Of a stretch of DNA of 64,000 nt, positions 50,437 through 64,000 are shown one piece after another. Made by a program: the position numbers and the translations under genes. Under the pieces are notes generated by a model. It ran no database searches, was not told the DNA's origin, and worked only from the letters and a program-made list of their open reading frames with translations. How positions within the stretch are numbered: position 1 is the first letter of the stretch; each line of letters starts with the position of its first letter. The stretch is from Laetmonice hystrix (taxonomy: Eukaryota). The stretch lies in NCBI GenBank assembly GCA_965235115.1, contig OZ249436.1, forward strand, positions 52,950,001 through 53,014,000. The letters are read 5' to 3'.

Positions 50437-53400
50437 ATTGCTCCTTGCCTTCTTGCTATGATATTGCGTGTCCGATGACTGTCCTTCCGCAACACCCCAA
50501 CCTTCATTGAAATCTTGACACATAAAAACTGTAGACATAAGTCCCAATAATGATACCTGAATAGGCGTAAGCAGGCCTAGCTGTTGTATTTTCTTGAATC
50601 ATTTCCTTTCTCCAAGTAACTTTCGTTTTGGAAGGCTGAGGAGAACAACTGCGTTTAAGATTGGATCAGTCAAGGAGCCCGTAATGACCTCTGATAGTGG
50701 GCAAAATACGCGACTTCAGGAACAGGTGCGTCCGGGCAGTCGGGCCTGTATGGGAGCCACAGGCGTGTATAGGCTGGGATTGGTGGTGATACAGAATACA
50801 GAAGACGTCAATGTACGTCTATGACCGCACCATCTCAGATGCGATCAAAGGGTCAATGCTGGTGTATCACGCTTATCATGAATATTTTCACTGTGAACTG
50901 AGTGCAGCCAAGTGGCGCCGCGTCATTGAGCTGCATACATTTGGAAACATACATGTATACATACACCGCTAGTCCATTCATACATGCCAAGCAGTCATTC
51001 GTAATACGACCTCCCATATCCCTTTCAACATCCTACACATGCTGCAAAAAACCGACCTAGCGTCCCTGTATTCTTCCCTTCTACACGGCTGTCTACATAC
51101 TGTCCTAGGCGTGTCCATAGTACACATATTGACTTCACACTCTTCATGCACTGCCTCCTCACAACGCCTTTCAATACCGTTTGCACCTGTCTCTGTAATC
51201 TGATCTATCAATATATCGTGCGGGCATTACAAGAGAGGATGCACCTCATGCGGAAGAGAACACATATAACGGTTCGAACTTGGCTTTAACAAAGCGCTCT
51301 CCCCGGCTGGTGTCAAATGATTTGACCAGCGGCCAGTTATATCGACATACAGGGGGTTGCCACTACAACTACATACATGTACGTTTCTATTTCGTAATTT
51401 TTTTCTCAGGCATGCTATTTCTTTCTTAGGCAGGTTGCACTGAATGCTTTACTGCAAGAATTTTACAAGTATAGACAGACCTATGCCTAAACCGAACACA
51501 AAAACGCCTAAATGTCAACCGCATAGGTGGATGCTTGAGCCTGACGCTGGAAGCGTTACATGAATGGAGGTTTTTAATGGGCTGTTATCGCTCGCCGTAT
51601 ATTTTGTTCTTCCGATGAAACGGTTACATTGTGAAAGCGTATCTACACCTGGTTACGGTACGGCCGGTTTATATGAATTCTTGCCCAGAGTACATTATCA
51701 CCTTGATTCTCATGTTTTCACTGCTGGGGGGGGGGGGGCGAAGTTAAAAATTAATTTTCATGAAACACAGGTGAGGAATTGCGACTCAGCGTCGTCGTAT
51801 CCTTGGTTGACGCACGGCTAGTTAAAACACGACAATCAAGGTCAATGGCAGATTGTCTCTGGACCATTTATGGTTTTAGTTGGGGGGGGGGGGGTCGCCA
51901 ATTGGTTTTTGTAATATGTTTCGTTATATATCCCTTCAGTGATCAAAAATAACAAAACACAACTCGGACAAAACGTATTGTCAGCCCTGTCCGTGCAAAC
52001 TTTGTCTAAATCCTTTGAATAGCTTCGTCCATGCAGTTGGAGAAAGTATAACCGTCAAGTGTATTGATTCGGGGATATTGGCGAAGACAGGGTGTGCTAC
52101 AGGCGGGCAATAATACAACCCAGATGGCCGTGCAGGATTTATCCACGGCTCCACCTGGTCCTACTGCCTCCGACCCTGGCCAACATCGCCCCAACCATTA
52201 GCATGGTCAGGGAACGAGACAGGAATCTACCAAAGGCTTGTGTACATGGGACATGAGTCAGCGGGCAAGCAGCTGGATTTGAAAGAGAGCAGATGGCCCC
52301 GCAATGTTGATCTCTTTGCGGCATATCGCCAATAATCTTTATCAGATGATCGCTACTCGAGCCGCCTAGCCGTCGGGATCGCTGCTGTAGATTTGTTATC
52401 ACTGGCCACGTGGTCCATGTCGGCCATTCCTGTCGCTTCCAGGGGATTCTCCGGTGAAACAAATGACTGCAATCCACTGCCCCCTGATACTCCAGGCACA
52501 ATCTCATTATACGCTACTGATTACTGTCCTATTCATGTATTTCCATGTAGCGAAGAACTGGATCCATTTCATTTAGTTTTTTTAAATTTTGAATATAATA
52601 TTATTTCTTCTCATCTGAATTTAATTCACCGTGGTTGACCTGGCTTTCGGATGCCGATGATGAGTCATGAAAACTCTTTCAGTATGGAACGAAAACAGAA
52701 TAATTATAGATGTCCAATATACTGAAAATCACCGCCAGGTTTGTGTGCTTTAAGAAACATGCGTTTATCTCTTACCAGGACTGCGGGAGAACAAAGTCCC
52801 AACTGGAACCTTTGTTTTCCGTGCCGTCTGCCCTCACCAAGAAACCAGTCGGTAGAGGAGATGTTCAATCACCGAGGACGTGTAGGCTGTGATCAAAGCT
52901 TGATGTCTTCAGCTCCCGGCTGGCGGGAGGGGGGGGGGTTCTCCAGGTCGGAGGCACGGAGAGAGCATGGGGCGTTATCGTAACGCAACTTCTAATTAAA
53001 CATCGTCTCTTGCTATAGCAGGCGCCAAGGTAAACCAGCAGCTAGCGCCTCGTATTTCTTAATATGATACGGCAAACTTGGCTCCCTCTCATCACGATGG
53101 CTTCTCATCACGGTTTGCATACCAGATGGGGGGAAACATCTACGATAGGATGTTGTGCAGATTACAAAAATATTTCTACATCTAAATATAAAAAGGAAAC
53201 ACGCCTGAGGAGCAGACTAGTAATCAGATCGCTTTACGGAATGAAAATGGAGGCATGATTGCTGGGCCACGTACGAGTGCGCCTGTGTGTCACTGGAAGC
53301 AGCGATTTGTAAATGAACCTCTCATCATGCTGTATGAATATGTGAAAAATGACGTTCGCTACAACCCTCACCCCCGTTCTACTACACAGAGCCCCAGTAT

Positions 53401-54075
53401 ACGTCTCTGCCATCACCTACAATATATCAACATCGCGCGGAAATTAATCCTGGATTTCTCTCTGACTCATCAAAGAATCCCGACTGATTTCTATAAAAAT
53501 ATTTGTTGTATTTTTCTACTTTTAAAGACTGGCGCGCGCTGGCAGTTTTCTATTTTTCATTGCTATCAAGACGCCTTTTTCTCAAAATTAAGAGAGAAAA
53601 CAGCGTAACTAAAAGGTCAAATCGCCTTAGTGTAAACAGACTGGGTCTTTCTGACGCAGCAAGTCATGGTTTTAAGTAGTATATGGAAAATATCCCACAA
53701 TGCAGGATATAGTCACCCCCACACTTCCTCTCGCACACCTTGATAGAAGTTACATTATTAAAGAATAATGCACTCTTATAGCGACCAGGTCATTCTGACG
53801 CAGGTATCGAGCGAACAAGACGAGCGCTTCCTTGAAAATTTCCTACAGCGATAATAAATAACGTTGTTTCGAGTTGCAGCAGTGTATTTAAGTGAATTTA
53901 GAATTACAGCATCGACCTTTTTGTGCCGTACATAATGTGGCCTATAATATTCACGGCATAACCCCCCCCCCCCCCCATTTCTTTAACCTGACAAAGCGAA
54001 CGTGGCATCAGAGATACGGCTCAAAGTACAAAAGTTCCCACCTGGTCCAAATTACAACACGGCGAATAGAAACTC

Positions 54076-54509
54076 TTCTAACAGTCTTAGGAGAACATCC
54101 AGCACAAGTCAGAAACTGGTTGTGGTTATTTCTAACAGTCTTAGGAGAACATCCAGCACAAGTCAGAAACTGGTTGTGGTTATTTCTAACAGTCTTAGAA
54201 GAACATCCAGCACAAGTCTGAAACTGGTTGTGGTTATTTCTAACAGTCTTAGGAGAACATCCAGCACAAGTCTGAAACTGGTTGTGGTTATTTCTAACAG
54301 TCTTAGAAGAACATCCAGCACAAGTCAGAAACTGGTTGTGGTTATTTCTAACAGTCTTAGAAGAACATCCAGCACAAGTCAGAAACTGGTTGTGGTTATT
54401 TCTAACAGTCTTAGGAGAACATCCAGCACAAGTCAGAAACTGGTTGTGGTTATTTCTAACAGTCTTAGGAGAACATCCAGCACAAGTCAGAAACTGGTTG
54501 TGGTTATTT
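54076..54509. repeat. Minisatellite, 54-bp unit, 8 copies
   Basis: TTCTAACAGTCTTAGGAGAACATCCAGCACAAGTCAGAAACTGGTTGTGGTTAT; explains the 18-aa periodic ORFs. Confidence 0.98.
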
Positions 54510-54759
54510 GTTTTTTACAAGAACACGAGCGTAGAGTTTCGTGTTTTTTTCAGGCGACGTCTTCGACTTCCTTATTTCATCTTATAGAAGAAAGTTCCCC
54601 ATTCGTGCCCACAAATTACACACAAAAGATTGACCTCACAGACATAGAAAGTTACCTATATTTCGGCCTCCACAGATGAGTCCACCACTGTGTCGATCCC
54701 GGATGATTTGAAAGGTTGGTTTGTCGGTAGCTAACAGTCCATTCACGTGGCTGTGTTCA

Positions 54760-55075
54760 GGGTACGCCAGCCCGGCCGGGAGTCCCCGCCTTCCGATCAC
54801 GCCTTTCTTGTTGCGCCGCCAGACACAAGTTACGTTGATCAGTGCCTCCTCCCGCCATACGTGTGCCCGCGCCTCAAACCGCTCCCCATTATAACTGCCA
54901 GCGCGCGCCAGCCTTTACCCAATAGCACACCAGATAGGAGGGGCGGGCGGGCGGGTGGGCGGGTGGCTGAGTTGTTGGGAGGGGAGGGGGGTGGGCGCAC
55001 GGCTGGTTTGGTGGGGTTGGGGAGGGGGGACGCACAGCGCAAGCGCGCGGGGGGGGGGGCTCAGCGCTCCAATTA
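54760..55075. promoter_or_regulatory. CpG/GC-rich promoter-like island with GC boxes and a G-quadruplex-forming tract
   Basis: GGGGCGGGCGGGCGGGTGGGCGGG at 54940-54963 with further G runs to 55059; TTATAA at 54889-54894; CCAAT at about 54919 and 55069; many CpGs. Confidence 0.45.
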
Positions 55076-58000
55076 CCGTCTAGTCCCCGCACCAACAGAA
55101 GATTGCCAATGGCATGTAGCTTTCGACACGAGGATAACTTGATTCCATAACGTTGGTGGCCAGGTTGTCTGACAGGTAGGAAGTCTAGAGCCGGGCTCAT
55201 GGCTGCAGTAACCGGCAAACTGCCTTCTTCCTCAGGGCCGTGTTGCGTGAGGAGCTGACAGCCCGGGCCTTACGTCTAGGCCCACGTGCCATACGATCCT
55301 GCGCCTCATTGATTGTACCTATAAAATAACACCAGGAAAGACCTATTTTTTCAAGCGTTGCCGGATTCATGCACAAAACTGTCGCAGCTTAATTAATTTC
55401 AATAAAATGAAGCTGGGTGGTATTCTGGGGATGTCTTGTGAAGATTCCGCGAGTCGCGTGCGGTTTAAGACATTCCGAGATACAGCAAACAGATGGTGGA
55501 TCCCACGTATACCAGTGTACATATAGGCGCGCGGTGCCGTGATAAAGGCACATAATTGTGGTTGGCAGGTCGATATACAGATACAGATCTCCTCAGTTAG
55601 ATATCTCTACCTTCTACCCGTCCGCCTCTTGTTAATCAGGTTTTGAGAAACAACCTATTTCGCGACACTGATCGAGTTTTCCCGGTAGCCGTGTATATTT
55701 GTGATTGGCGAGGTGAGACTGTTGGCGGTCTCATGTCCGTGCATAGACTTCTCTATGCCCTGAGGCGCGACCCGAGGACCTATACACAGTACATTTAGTG
55801 GTTCGCCGTGTGAAGTCGAGTAGCTCAGACTTATCCTTCTGATCTGTTTGTTCAGAGTGAATTGTTATTATCAGTGAACTACTCATCGATTTCAGCTAGG
55901 AGGTATAGGGGCGACACTCCAGACAGATATTGATACATTCAAAGTAAGCTGTGGCGGCCTTAGATGAGGCGGGGGTCACGGCTGCGAGTAGTATATGGAA
56001 AACGGCCGACGGCGCAGGCTATAAAGTCAGTTTTTTTCCTCCGGCATGCCGCTGTAGTGTTGCTGCACTGTACTCTTTGGTTCAATCACTATGTACACTC
56101 TAGGAATAACATTATTATTTGGTACCAGACACATTCACGCTCTACATCTGTGTTAAATTTCTGCCACAAGGAACTCACGTAAAAACTGTAGGAACTTCAC
56201 ATAGCTCGAATCTCCTTAACATGGCTTTAACCTCTGAGAGAAATTATTGGATTACAAGATTCAGTCTTTCCTTCACAGTGCCAATTTAAGCAGACGTGAC
56301 CCACAAAAAGAGTGTTGTAGACCTATGTATTTTATTTGGTGATTAAGGCATATTATTTAACTCGGTATGAAGTTTATCTACCTTAAACCCGAGTCTCAGG
56401 TTGGTTGTAAGACTTGCCGTTAAATTACTTCTCCTTTAAAATGCCAATGCCGTTTTAAGAGAGAAGTAATTGTGAAAATTCCTACTAACTGCCATTAGTG
56501 ACAGCTTGTTGACCAGGGACTTCGCCATGTGACACGTGCCTATTAGATCTTAATGTCCTAATTAGTTTCAGCACTCAAATAACAACTGCTCTCCTGAAAA
56601 GTTCGAAAGTTTCTTCTGAAAGCTTCAAAGGAATAAAGACCCACTGGCTCATGCCCATAATTGTCATAGTGTGAAATCAGGAAGAGATCACTTTTTTTCA
56701 TTTTAATAACCCAAAAACTTACAAACAATTGACTCCAAATTCCACAAGGCACAGCCTTGTACCGCATTCAACTATTCACTAGCACGGTGACCTACCCGTT
56801 GGCAATCCTCATTTCCCAACAAGCGTCAGCTGTACATTAGACTGTGGTTGGTCGGGGTACTGTCCCCGGCCTATACCTGACTCTTTCCTTCCTGTCCTGG
56901 GTGTGCCCCCTCGGTGAGACGTGGTTATCCGTGCAGTCCTCCACAAATACACATAGAATCCATTCCCTATCTATACGGCTGGCTTCCCGAGGCCGCTCTC
57001 CGCCGCGGGTAGCGCCTGTTTACACGGAGAACCTGGATAGAGGAGGATGGGTAGTCGGTTTGTACCTGTCAGAGGTCGGGAGGGGTTGCCGGGCCAGCGA
57101 CGCCAACCACCTGCGGCTCCTGTCAGACCGGGCGGCGTGCCCTGGACGGGCACCGGTAGCCGGACCCCGGGACGTCAGCGGCGGCAGGTGGACCCGAGCC
57201 ATTCCCTGCCCATCACTGGGACCAGTCCACCGTCCGTCCACCACAGTGGGGCCTGGTGCACAGCTGCCAGCATGCCCCTAGTATACGCACAGGGAGGGAC
57301 ACAGAAAACATTGCCTTCCTTTTCAAATATCCTCTTTCAGCCGCCATGCATGCAGTTTGAACGCGAGGACAGCGGGCTTGCATGGATGAAATCCCCTTGC
57401 GCTTGGTGCATGCAGGGGTGCGTGTGTACGTGACTGGTGCATGCTTGGAAGCGGAGCAGGGCCAAGCACGCACCGGCCACGCTCTCGTGTATAACGCCGG
57501 GGAGCCGACAACTGTCTCGTGTTGGCTATAGGCCATGTCGTCTCCTGTAAACCACTGTAGGCACGGCTCCATTATTGACATAGCCAGCCGCAGAACATAA
57601 ACCATTCAACAGTGTTTTCTATTCTGTAACCTGTATCAATTAAACTACCATTGAAAGGAATCCCTTAACAAAACCTCTTTAAAGAACGGTCATGCGTTTT
57701 GGAGTATTATAAAGGTGATTAATAGATGAACACTTTTAATAAAATAAAGGCAGGTTGGCACTTTGGAAAAATGATTGTCGACCTTCATTTATCAGCCAAG
57801 GTTGCCACATTGGCGTTAAAGTGGTCTCAAGGTACATTGGAAAGAAGCGGCACCGACGGGCTGCTGTGTAACTTGTTGCTGGTAATCGGTGCCTCATCAG
57901 GCGAGGGCAGCCCGGTCGGAACTGGCGGGTGGGCGGGCCGTGCGGGCGGGCCGTGCGGGCCGCACGGAGGCAGCTGGGCGCCCGCCACCGACCCAATCGA

Positions 58001-61000
58001 TGGAGGCCCGGTTCCTCGATCCTCTGGGTATTTCTTGATCCCATTGATGGATGGTATTAACACCTTCCGTTCCACTGGGAGGCAGCCTGGATGAAGATTA
58101 ATTAAACCCGACGAGATGCCAATATAACAACAGTAACACCGAGGCACCCCTCTTCTGCCCCCCCCCCCTCCACAACCACCGCCCCGCAGTGCAATGCTGC
58201 CTGAGGGACCCCCGCCCCCTTCCTCCCCAGTCACCCTAACCCCCAACCCACCCACCTCTTCTATTATTGACACGATTGCAGTATTACATGCTATGATCGC
58301 ACAACCCAGGGTCAACAGCCACAATGAACTAGAACGGCCTCCATTCGACTGGCATTGTTCAGTGGCAGAGCGCCCATTACTTCGACAAATGTTCCATGAT
58401 TAAGAGCGATTTGCCGTCCGCCATTCTATTTGAACTGTGCTGCCTCTTCCCCCTCATGTTTCCTCCTGTGTCGGTGTTAAAGGCTCTCAGTCTCTGCTGC
58501 TGCGCTGTCTCCTCACCCACACCTCACCTATACACCTGGCGTTTTTCTCCCCGCCAGTGGTCTTCAGGCGTCGTCTCTATAGGAAGAGGCGCCAGGAGGC
58601 TGGAATCATGAGGTGGGGGGGGGGGCGAAAAGATCAGCAGACAGAAAACAGAAAGATCAGCAGATCAGATGTTACTGTTGTGATCACCAATGTATCCATG
58701 TGATCACCAATGTATCCAGACAAACTCTATAGCTCTAAACAAACGCTGTTTTTGAACATTTAGGTAATCACTGATATAGCGCCGTAGTCATCACGCCTGT
58801 GTATGAATGCCATCATCACTGTCATCACTAGATATGGTTTTAAAACTACCATCACCACTACTAGTATACTGTTCCTGTTTCTACTCCACCTCACTATAAG
58901 AATATACTCTATGAAAGAGAACGATCGATAATCTATCTTGTACAGCTTCCCGCGTGATAAAGCACTCGGCCGATATGTTGAAACTGCGCGCAATGACCTA
59001 TTACGTTTGACAAGACTGTTCTATTGTTCCCCTTGCGACCTTTGACGAGCTTTGTCTTCCCTGAATCCTTTACACAAGTATTACATGGTAATTATACTCT
59101 GTGTAAAGCTGGTTGTGTCGGAGGAAGGATGAGTTTGTGTATGTGGGGGGGGGGGGAGTATAGAGTTGCAGGTACGGACAGATGAAAGCAATGGGTGAGT
59201 GTACATGTGGTTGAGAGACTGAACAACTGAACGGGGAGTGGCTTCACACTGTTGTTGTGAACGGATGGATGAAATGTGGATGCATGGATGGGTTGATGGG
59301 TGGATTGATGGACCTGAACGGTTGGATGGAGATCAGAATGAATCGATGATGGATCATATTGTGTCCACGGGTATAGATTCCTCATCCAAGCGAATAACAC
59401 TATACACGCGCGGCAGGACACGCCTTCTATTATAAAAGTTGACGGTGAAAAGTGTAACTACATCACGGTTAGTTCATCGCACCATTTGGACTAGATCCAT
59501 TACCCTGATTAAATCCTGAACCTCAATGTCTTTTTGCACCATTGTATGTATAGGACATGTTCTACTGTAGCGTTGCATGCCGTCCTCGTGTGCTGGTTCA
59601 GCATACGTATGTATATAAAGGTGTATGTCCGGATATGGAACGGTTTTAGTATTGTCAAACACGACATGACGTGCTTGCATTATCCATTGGTTTGTCAACC
59701 TCAGCGAGTATAAAGTTCATGGCATGGAGGTCATGTAACGCAGAATACACCAAACTAAAGGTAAGTACAAAAAGCGTTAAATGGCGTGGTAAATGCAAAA
59801 TATAATCATTTCCTCAATTGAATTCATTTGGCAAAGAGTTATAAGAGAACATTATAATCACGGAGGGTGTAAATACAAAAGGCATATGTAGCATACATAA
59901 TAGATAGCTACACTTTACTTACATTCCGGCCACAACATATGCCATTAAGGCCACTCGGATAATTAACAAAGCACAAAGCCTCTCTCCAACTTCATCCATC
60001 TGGAATGAGACCGATTGCCTTTGCATTTTGCCGATCGGATCTGTACAGTCTTGCCATCTCTGAACCGCCCCTTCACTGGCTCGTCTACAATAGGTTTTAC
60101 CGGTGTGATACTGTAGACACGCAGACTGCCAGGATGTAGTCTGCACAATGACGGTCAAAGTTACCGCAGGTGCTGCTATATAGCAGCTGCCTTATCTTTC
60201 TACTGGATGCATTAAAAAGGAACATTAGAGTTACTGTGTTTACTGGAGTACTTTTTAAAAATATATAGTCTTCTTTTTCTAAAGCGACATGGGTGGCGTC
60301 ATTATTTCAGCAAAGCAACATGTATAATGTATAGGCATCACAATAAAATATCCGTCGGAAATCTGTCCGGGGACAACTGTGCCTGCCACCGTCCGACCCA
60401 CACACAAGCTGGGGTGTAAAGCGCGTTCAAACAGCGCCAAACACACTTTCGTAGTTTTTTTTATAATTTGTGGTTAAGAGAATGAAACTCACTCTACAAT
60501 ATTGTTTGTTCCATTCTTTATACTCCGCGAGTAAATGGCAGGGAGAAGGGGAAATCTGCCAGCGTGTCTGGTCGTTGATCATAACCCCCGAGTTGTGGCG
60601 CCTGTAATTTCAGCGCGGAGACTCTCGATAGTCAGGGGCCAGACTCTTGTGTCATTTTGTCTCCATCCGTCTGTCAGCAAGTACTTAATTCCTGGCAGCT
60701 TTATACTAGTGGCGAGGGGATTGCGGGCCAGGCCGGGCAGGCCGACCCGACGCTCTGTCCGGGGTTCACCCATTAGGTAAACCAATCTTGTCAGTTGGAG
60801 CATAAACTAGAAATAAACACGATTTGGTCGGGTAATTAGGGTCGGTGGAGCGGGCAATCCAAGGTAAATCCTCGCTGACTCTGGCCGCCGGTCGTGCCGC
60901 TGGTTTGTGATCGGTCGTCTCAGGCAAGCGGCTCGCTACATTTCCGGTATAACGGGTCCGGAGTCAACACCAAACGTCAGTCAACCTGTATAGGCTTCTA

Positions 61001-61680
61001 TACATGGCGGCCGTGGGACCAGTCAACCTGTACATGGCGGTCGTGGGACCAGTCGGCTCGGCAATGTTCGCATTCACAGGGCACGTTTACAGTCTGTGTG
61101 GACGCCCCGCTCCACGTGGATCAAATGCAATTAGATTTATAGATGAAAACAAATAGTGCTGCATATCCTGAAGCGTGGTTTAAAAAATTAAGAGAAACAA
61201 TTCTAGGTCAGTTATTAATACACAATATCAGCGCTTGCTATCTTATTTGTGTCGTTTCAATCTGATTTTTAAGTCAGAATTATTGGAAAACTCTGGAAAA
61301 GCGTGAAGGTGGATGGTCGGCCTCCGATATAGACACTATCTCTCAGTGGGAAATGATGTTGTGGCAATATGTCGATATGATTCCAGTCGTGCTGGCGAGG
61401 CTGATGAAATGTACTAGATCATGACGTACACGTGGATGGTTGCATGAATTCATGCGTGTACTATATGTGACATCCATGTATGTTTACCACTGTACACTAG
61501 AGTGCCATGAGTGCGTGCAGCCATCTGTGCAGACAGCATACCTATCTACGTACACCCATACAGACAAAAACAGACAGACAGGCGTGCAGACATATAAAAT
61601 TCATTTGGCCAAGCTTGAAATAATGAGAGAGAAAGCTACATGTATATTCGAAGGGAGTGTGCAGGAGAGGTCACGCCTCA

Positions 61681-62125
61681 AGTACGACTCTATACAACCC
61701 GTCTACTGAAACACCATGGACAGTATGACGCAATACAACCCATCTAGTGGGACACTAGACAATATGACTCCATACAATCCGTCTACTGGGACACCATGGA
61801 CAGTATGACTCCATACAATCCATCTAGTGGGACACTAGACAATACGACTCCATACAATCCATCTGGTGGGACACTAGACAATACGACTCCATACAATCCG
61901 TCTACTGGGACACCATGGACAGTATGACTCCATACAACCCATCTAGTGGGACACCATGGACAGTATAACTCCATACAATCCATCTGGTGGGACACTATAG
62001 ACAATATGACTCCATACAATCCGTCTACTGGGACACCATGGACAGTATGACTCCATACAATCCGTCGAGTGTAACACTACGGATGACTCCATACAATTCG
62101 TCTATGAGAACACTTCGGACAGTAT
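61681..62125. repeat. Minisatellite, 39-41-bp unit, about 11 copies; a degenerate unit continues at about 63052-63091 after the inserted elements
   Basis: GACTCCATACAATCCRTCTA(CTG/GT)GGACAC(CATG/TA)GACARTAT-type units. Confidence 0.93.
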
Positions 62126-62588
62126 TAACAGTTACCCCATGTTTGCTTACGTAGTACGGAATATAACCTAGCCTTGGTTGGCCATACCACATGAGGGCGA
62201 AGCCCGAATGTGGTATGGCCAACCAAGGCTAGGTTATACTCCGTACTTCGTAAAAGCAAACATGGGGCAACGATTTTATCACAGTTCCAATCCTCACATT
62301 ATAGACGTGGTCATTGAATTCGGCAAAACGACTTTTGGAAGTTTTGCAGTCATTCGCTGCCATCGCGCTGTGTTTGCACAGATCTACGCCACCATGAAAA
62401 CGAGGCACAGGGCGCTGCAGCCAAAACGGTAGGATAGAAAAATGACCTGTTTGACCGACAGATGGCGCGACGACTACTACTATAGGATGGCCCATCCTAC
62501 CCGTTTGGTGCGAAGTCACCGAGTACGGCTTCATATCGCGTGGGCCTGGACCAATCAGAAAGCGGCATTGTTACTGGAACTGTGATAA
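62126..62588 (-). mobile_element. 463-bp TSD-less hairpin element, copy 2 (first unit of the tandem dimer)
   Basis: Reverse complement of 27141-27603 with about 5 substitutions. Confidence 0.92.
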
Positions 62589-63051
62589 TAACAGTTACCC
62601 CATGTTTGCTTACGTAGTACGGAATATAACCTAGCCTTGGTTGGCCATACCACATGAGGGCGAAGCCCGAATGTGGTATGGCCAACCAAGGCTAGGTTAT
62701 ACTCCGTACTTCGTAAAAGCAAACATGGGGCAACGATTTTATCACAGTTCCAATCCTCACATTATAGACGTGGTCATTGAATACGGCAAAACGACTTTTG
62801 GAAGTTTTGCAGTCATTCGCTGCCATCGCGCTGTGTTTGCACAGATCTACGCCACCATGAAAACGAGGCACAGGGCGCTGCAGCCAAAACGGTAGGATAG
62901 AAAAATGACCTGTTTGACCGGCAGATGGCGCGACGACTACTACTATAGGATGGCCCATCCTACCCGTTTGGTGCGATGTCACCGAGTACGGCTTCATATC
63001 GCGTGTGCCTGGACCAATCAGAAAGCGGCATTGTTACTGGAACTGTGATAA
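62589..63051 (-). mobile_element. 463-bp TSD-less hairpin element, copy 3 (second unit of the tandem dimer)
   Basis: Abuts copy 2 head-to-tail (GTGATAA|TAACAGTT) with no intervening bases; about 4 differences from copy 2. Confidence 0.92.
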
Positions 63052-64000
63052 GACTGTATACATTTTGTCTAGTTGGACACTGCGGAAAGTACTGTGGTAA
63101 ACTTAAGGCTAATCTCTGCAACACAAACATGGTTGAGTTGCCTAGAAGTATCGTGATTTGTGTTATGGGATTATAACACTGTATCTTTCCTTTTCTGTAA
63201 ACATTACAGGGTATGTTCGAAACAAAATGTTTAAACGTATCCAAATTAATCAAATTCTTTAATGATTGATTCTACCAAAAACAAACAGGGTCCAATCGAC
63301 TGGTCCAATTACTTCGACGCCTCCGCCAGCTGGGACCAGCTGGACCGCCACACCTGACGACCAAGCCCGGGGGAAACGTCCAAGAGAGGTACTAATTGGC
63401 CAAGGTCCGACTTTAGTCAGACAAATTCCTCTGAGACTAAGTGACTTGGACATCTACAGAGCGCGGGAGGCTGTTCTGTCTTATCTGGACGCCGGGCTGC
63501 CAGTTCACGGCAATGGTTTAATGAAGCGTGCGCCAGAAGACCCTTTAGTCCGGAGGCAAGCCTTTCATCTCACAATTCTTTTATACTCGACGACGCACCC
63601 TGGTGGTCACGTCAAAATGCTCTACACTCATTTCGGCTTGCATTGCATTGCAGTTTCGAGAATTCCTACACGCTAATGATAAGAGGGTGACCGAAATGAG
63701 GTTGATCTGGTTATGAGGAAGATATCCTACAGAGACGAGGCCATTTTAAAGGGGAGAATTCTGGGAACTGGCTACTAAACCTAGCAGAGATAGCAGGTCA
63801 ATCAGGCCTGAGTGCACGTGTACATTTATTATGATATAAAAGCAGTCGTCTGTAACCGAAACCAACTAGACTCTATAAGAACTGCCCAAGATAGCACCTT
63901 AATCAAATATAAAATTCAACATTTTTCAGGGTAGCCCCCCCCCCCCCCCCCGGGCATTGTAGCAAGGCTTTTACATACGAAGTGCGTTACGGCTAGAAAG

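Noticed and set aside
54002..54679. 225-aa repetitive ORF (SNSLRRTSSTSQKLVVVI repeated 8 times)
   Set aside because: A 54-bp unit is a multiple of three and happens to lack stops in this frame; no ATG start or domain evidence
63345..63395. CTGACGA...GAAA hammerhead-like motif
   Set aside because: Stem II lacks the usual G-C closing pair, and no compatible stems I/III or cleavage triplet could be built

Overview
Gene-poor, repeat-rich animal DNA, probably from an invertebrate (inferred from the SINE/MITE content); nothing here looks prokaryotic. There is one clear protein-coding gene: a GT31-family beta-1,3-glycosyltransferase (B3GALT-like) on the minus strand at 47115-48395, with a single coding exon and a 5'-UTR intron. 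Strong splice signals suggest the 5' end of a second minus-strand gene at about 10.1-10.85 kb. The remainder is eight minisatellite or short tandem arrays, a pure tract of about 215 GAA units, SINE and LINE remnants, and many short non-autonomous DNA elements with target-site duplications (TSDs) of 0, 2, 3, 4, 5 and 6 bp, some nested. The most unusual item is a 463-bp element present three times at about 99% identity (27141-27603, plus a head-to-tail dimer at 62126-63051). It leaves no TSD, sits next to the same hexamer at both loci, carries a 141-bp terminal hairpin capped by a GCGAAGC mini-hairpin, and contains an internal inverted near-copy of its own end-to-end junction. These features point to mobilisation through a circular or ssDNA intermediate (Crypton-like or Helentron-like; inference). 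Almost all short ORFs in the supplied track look spurious.
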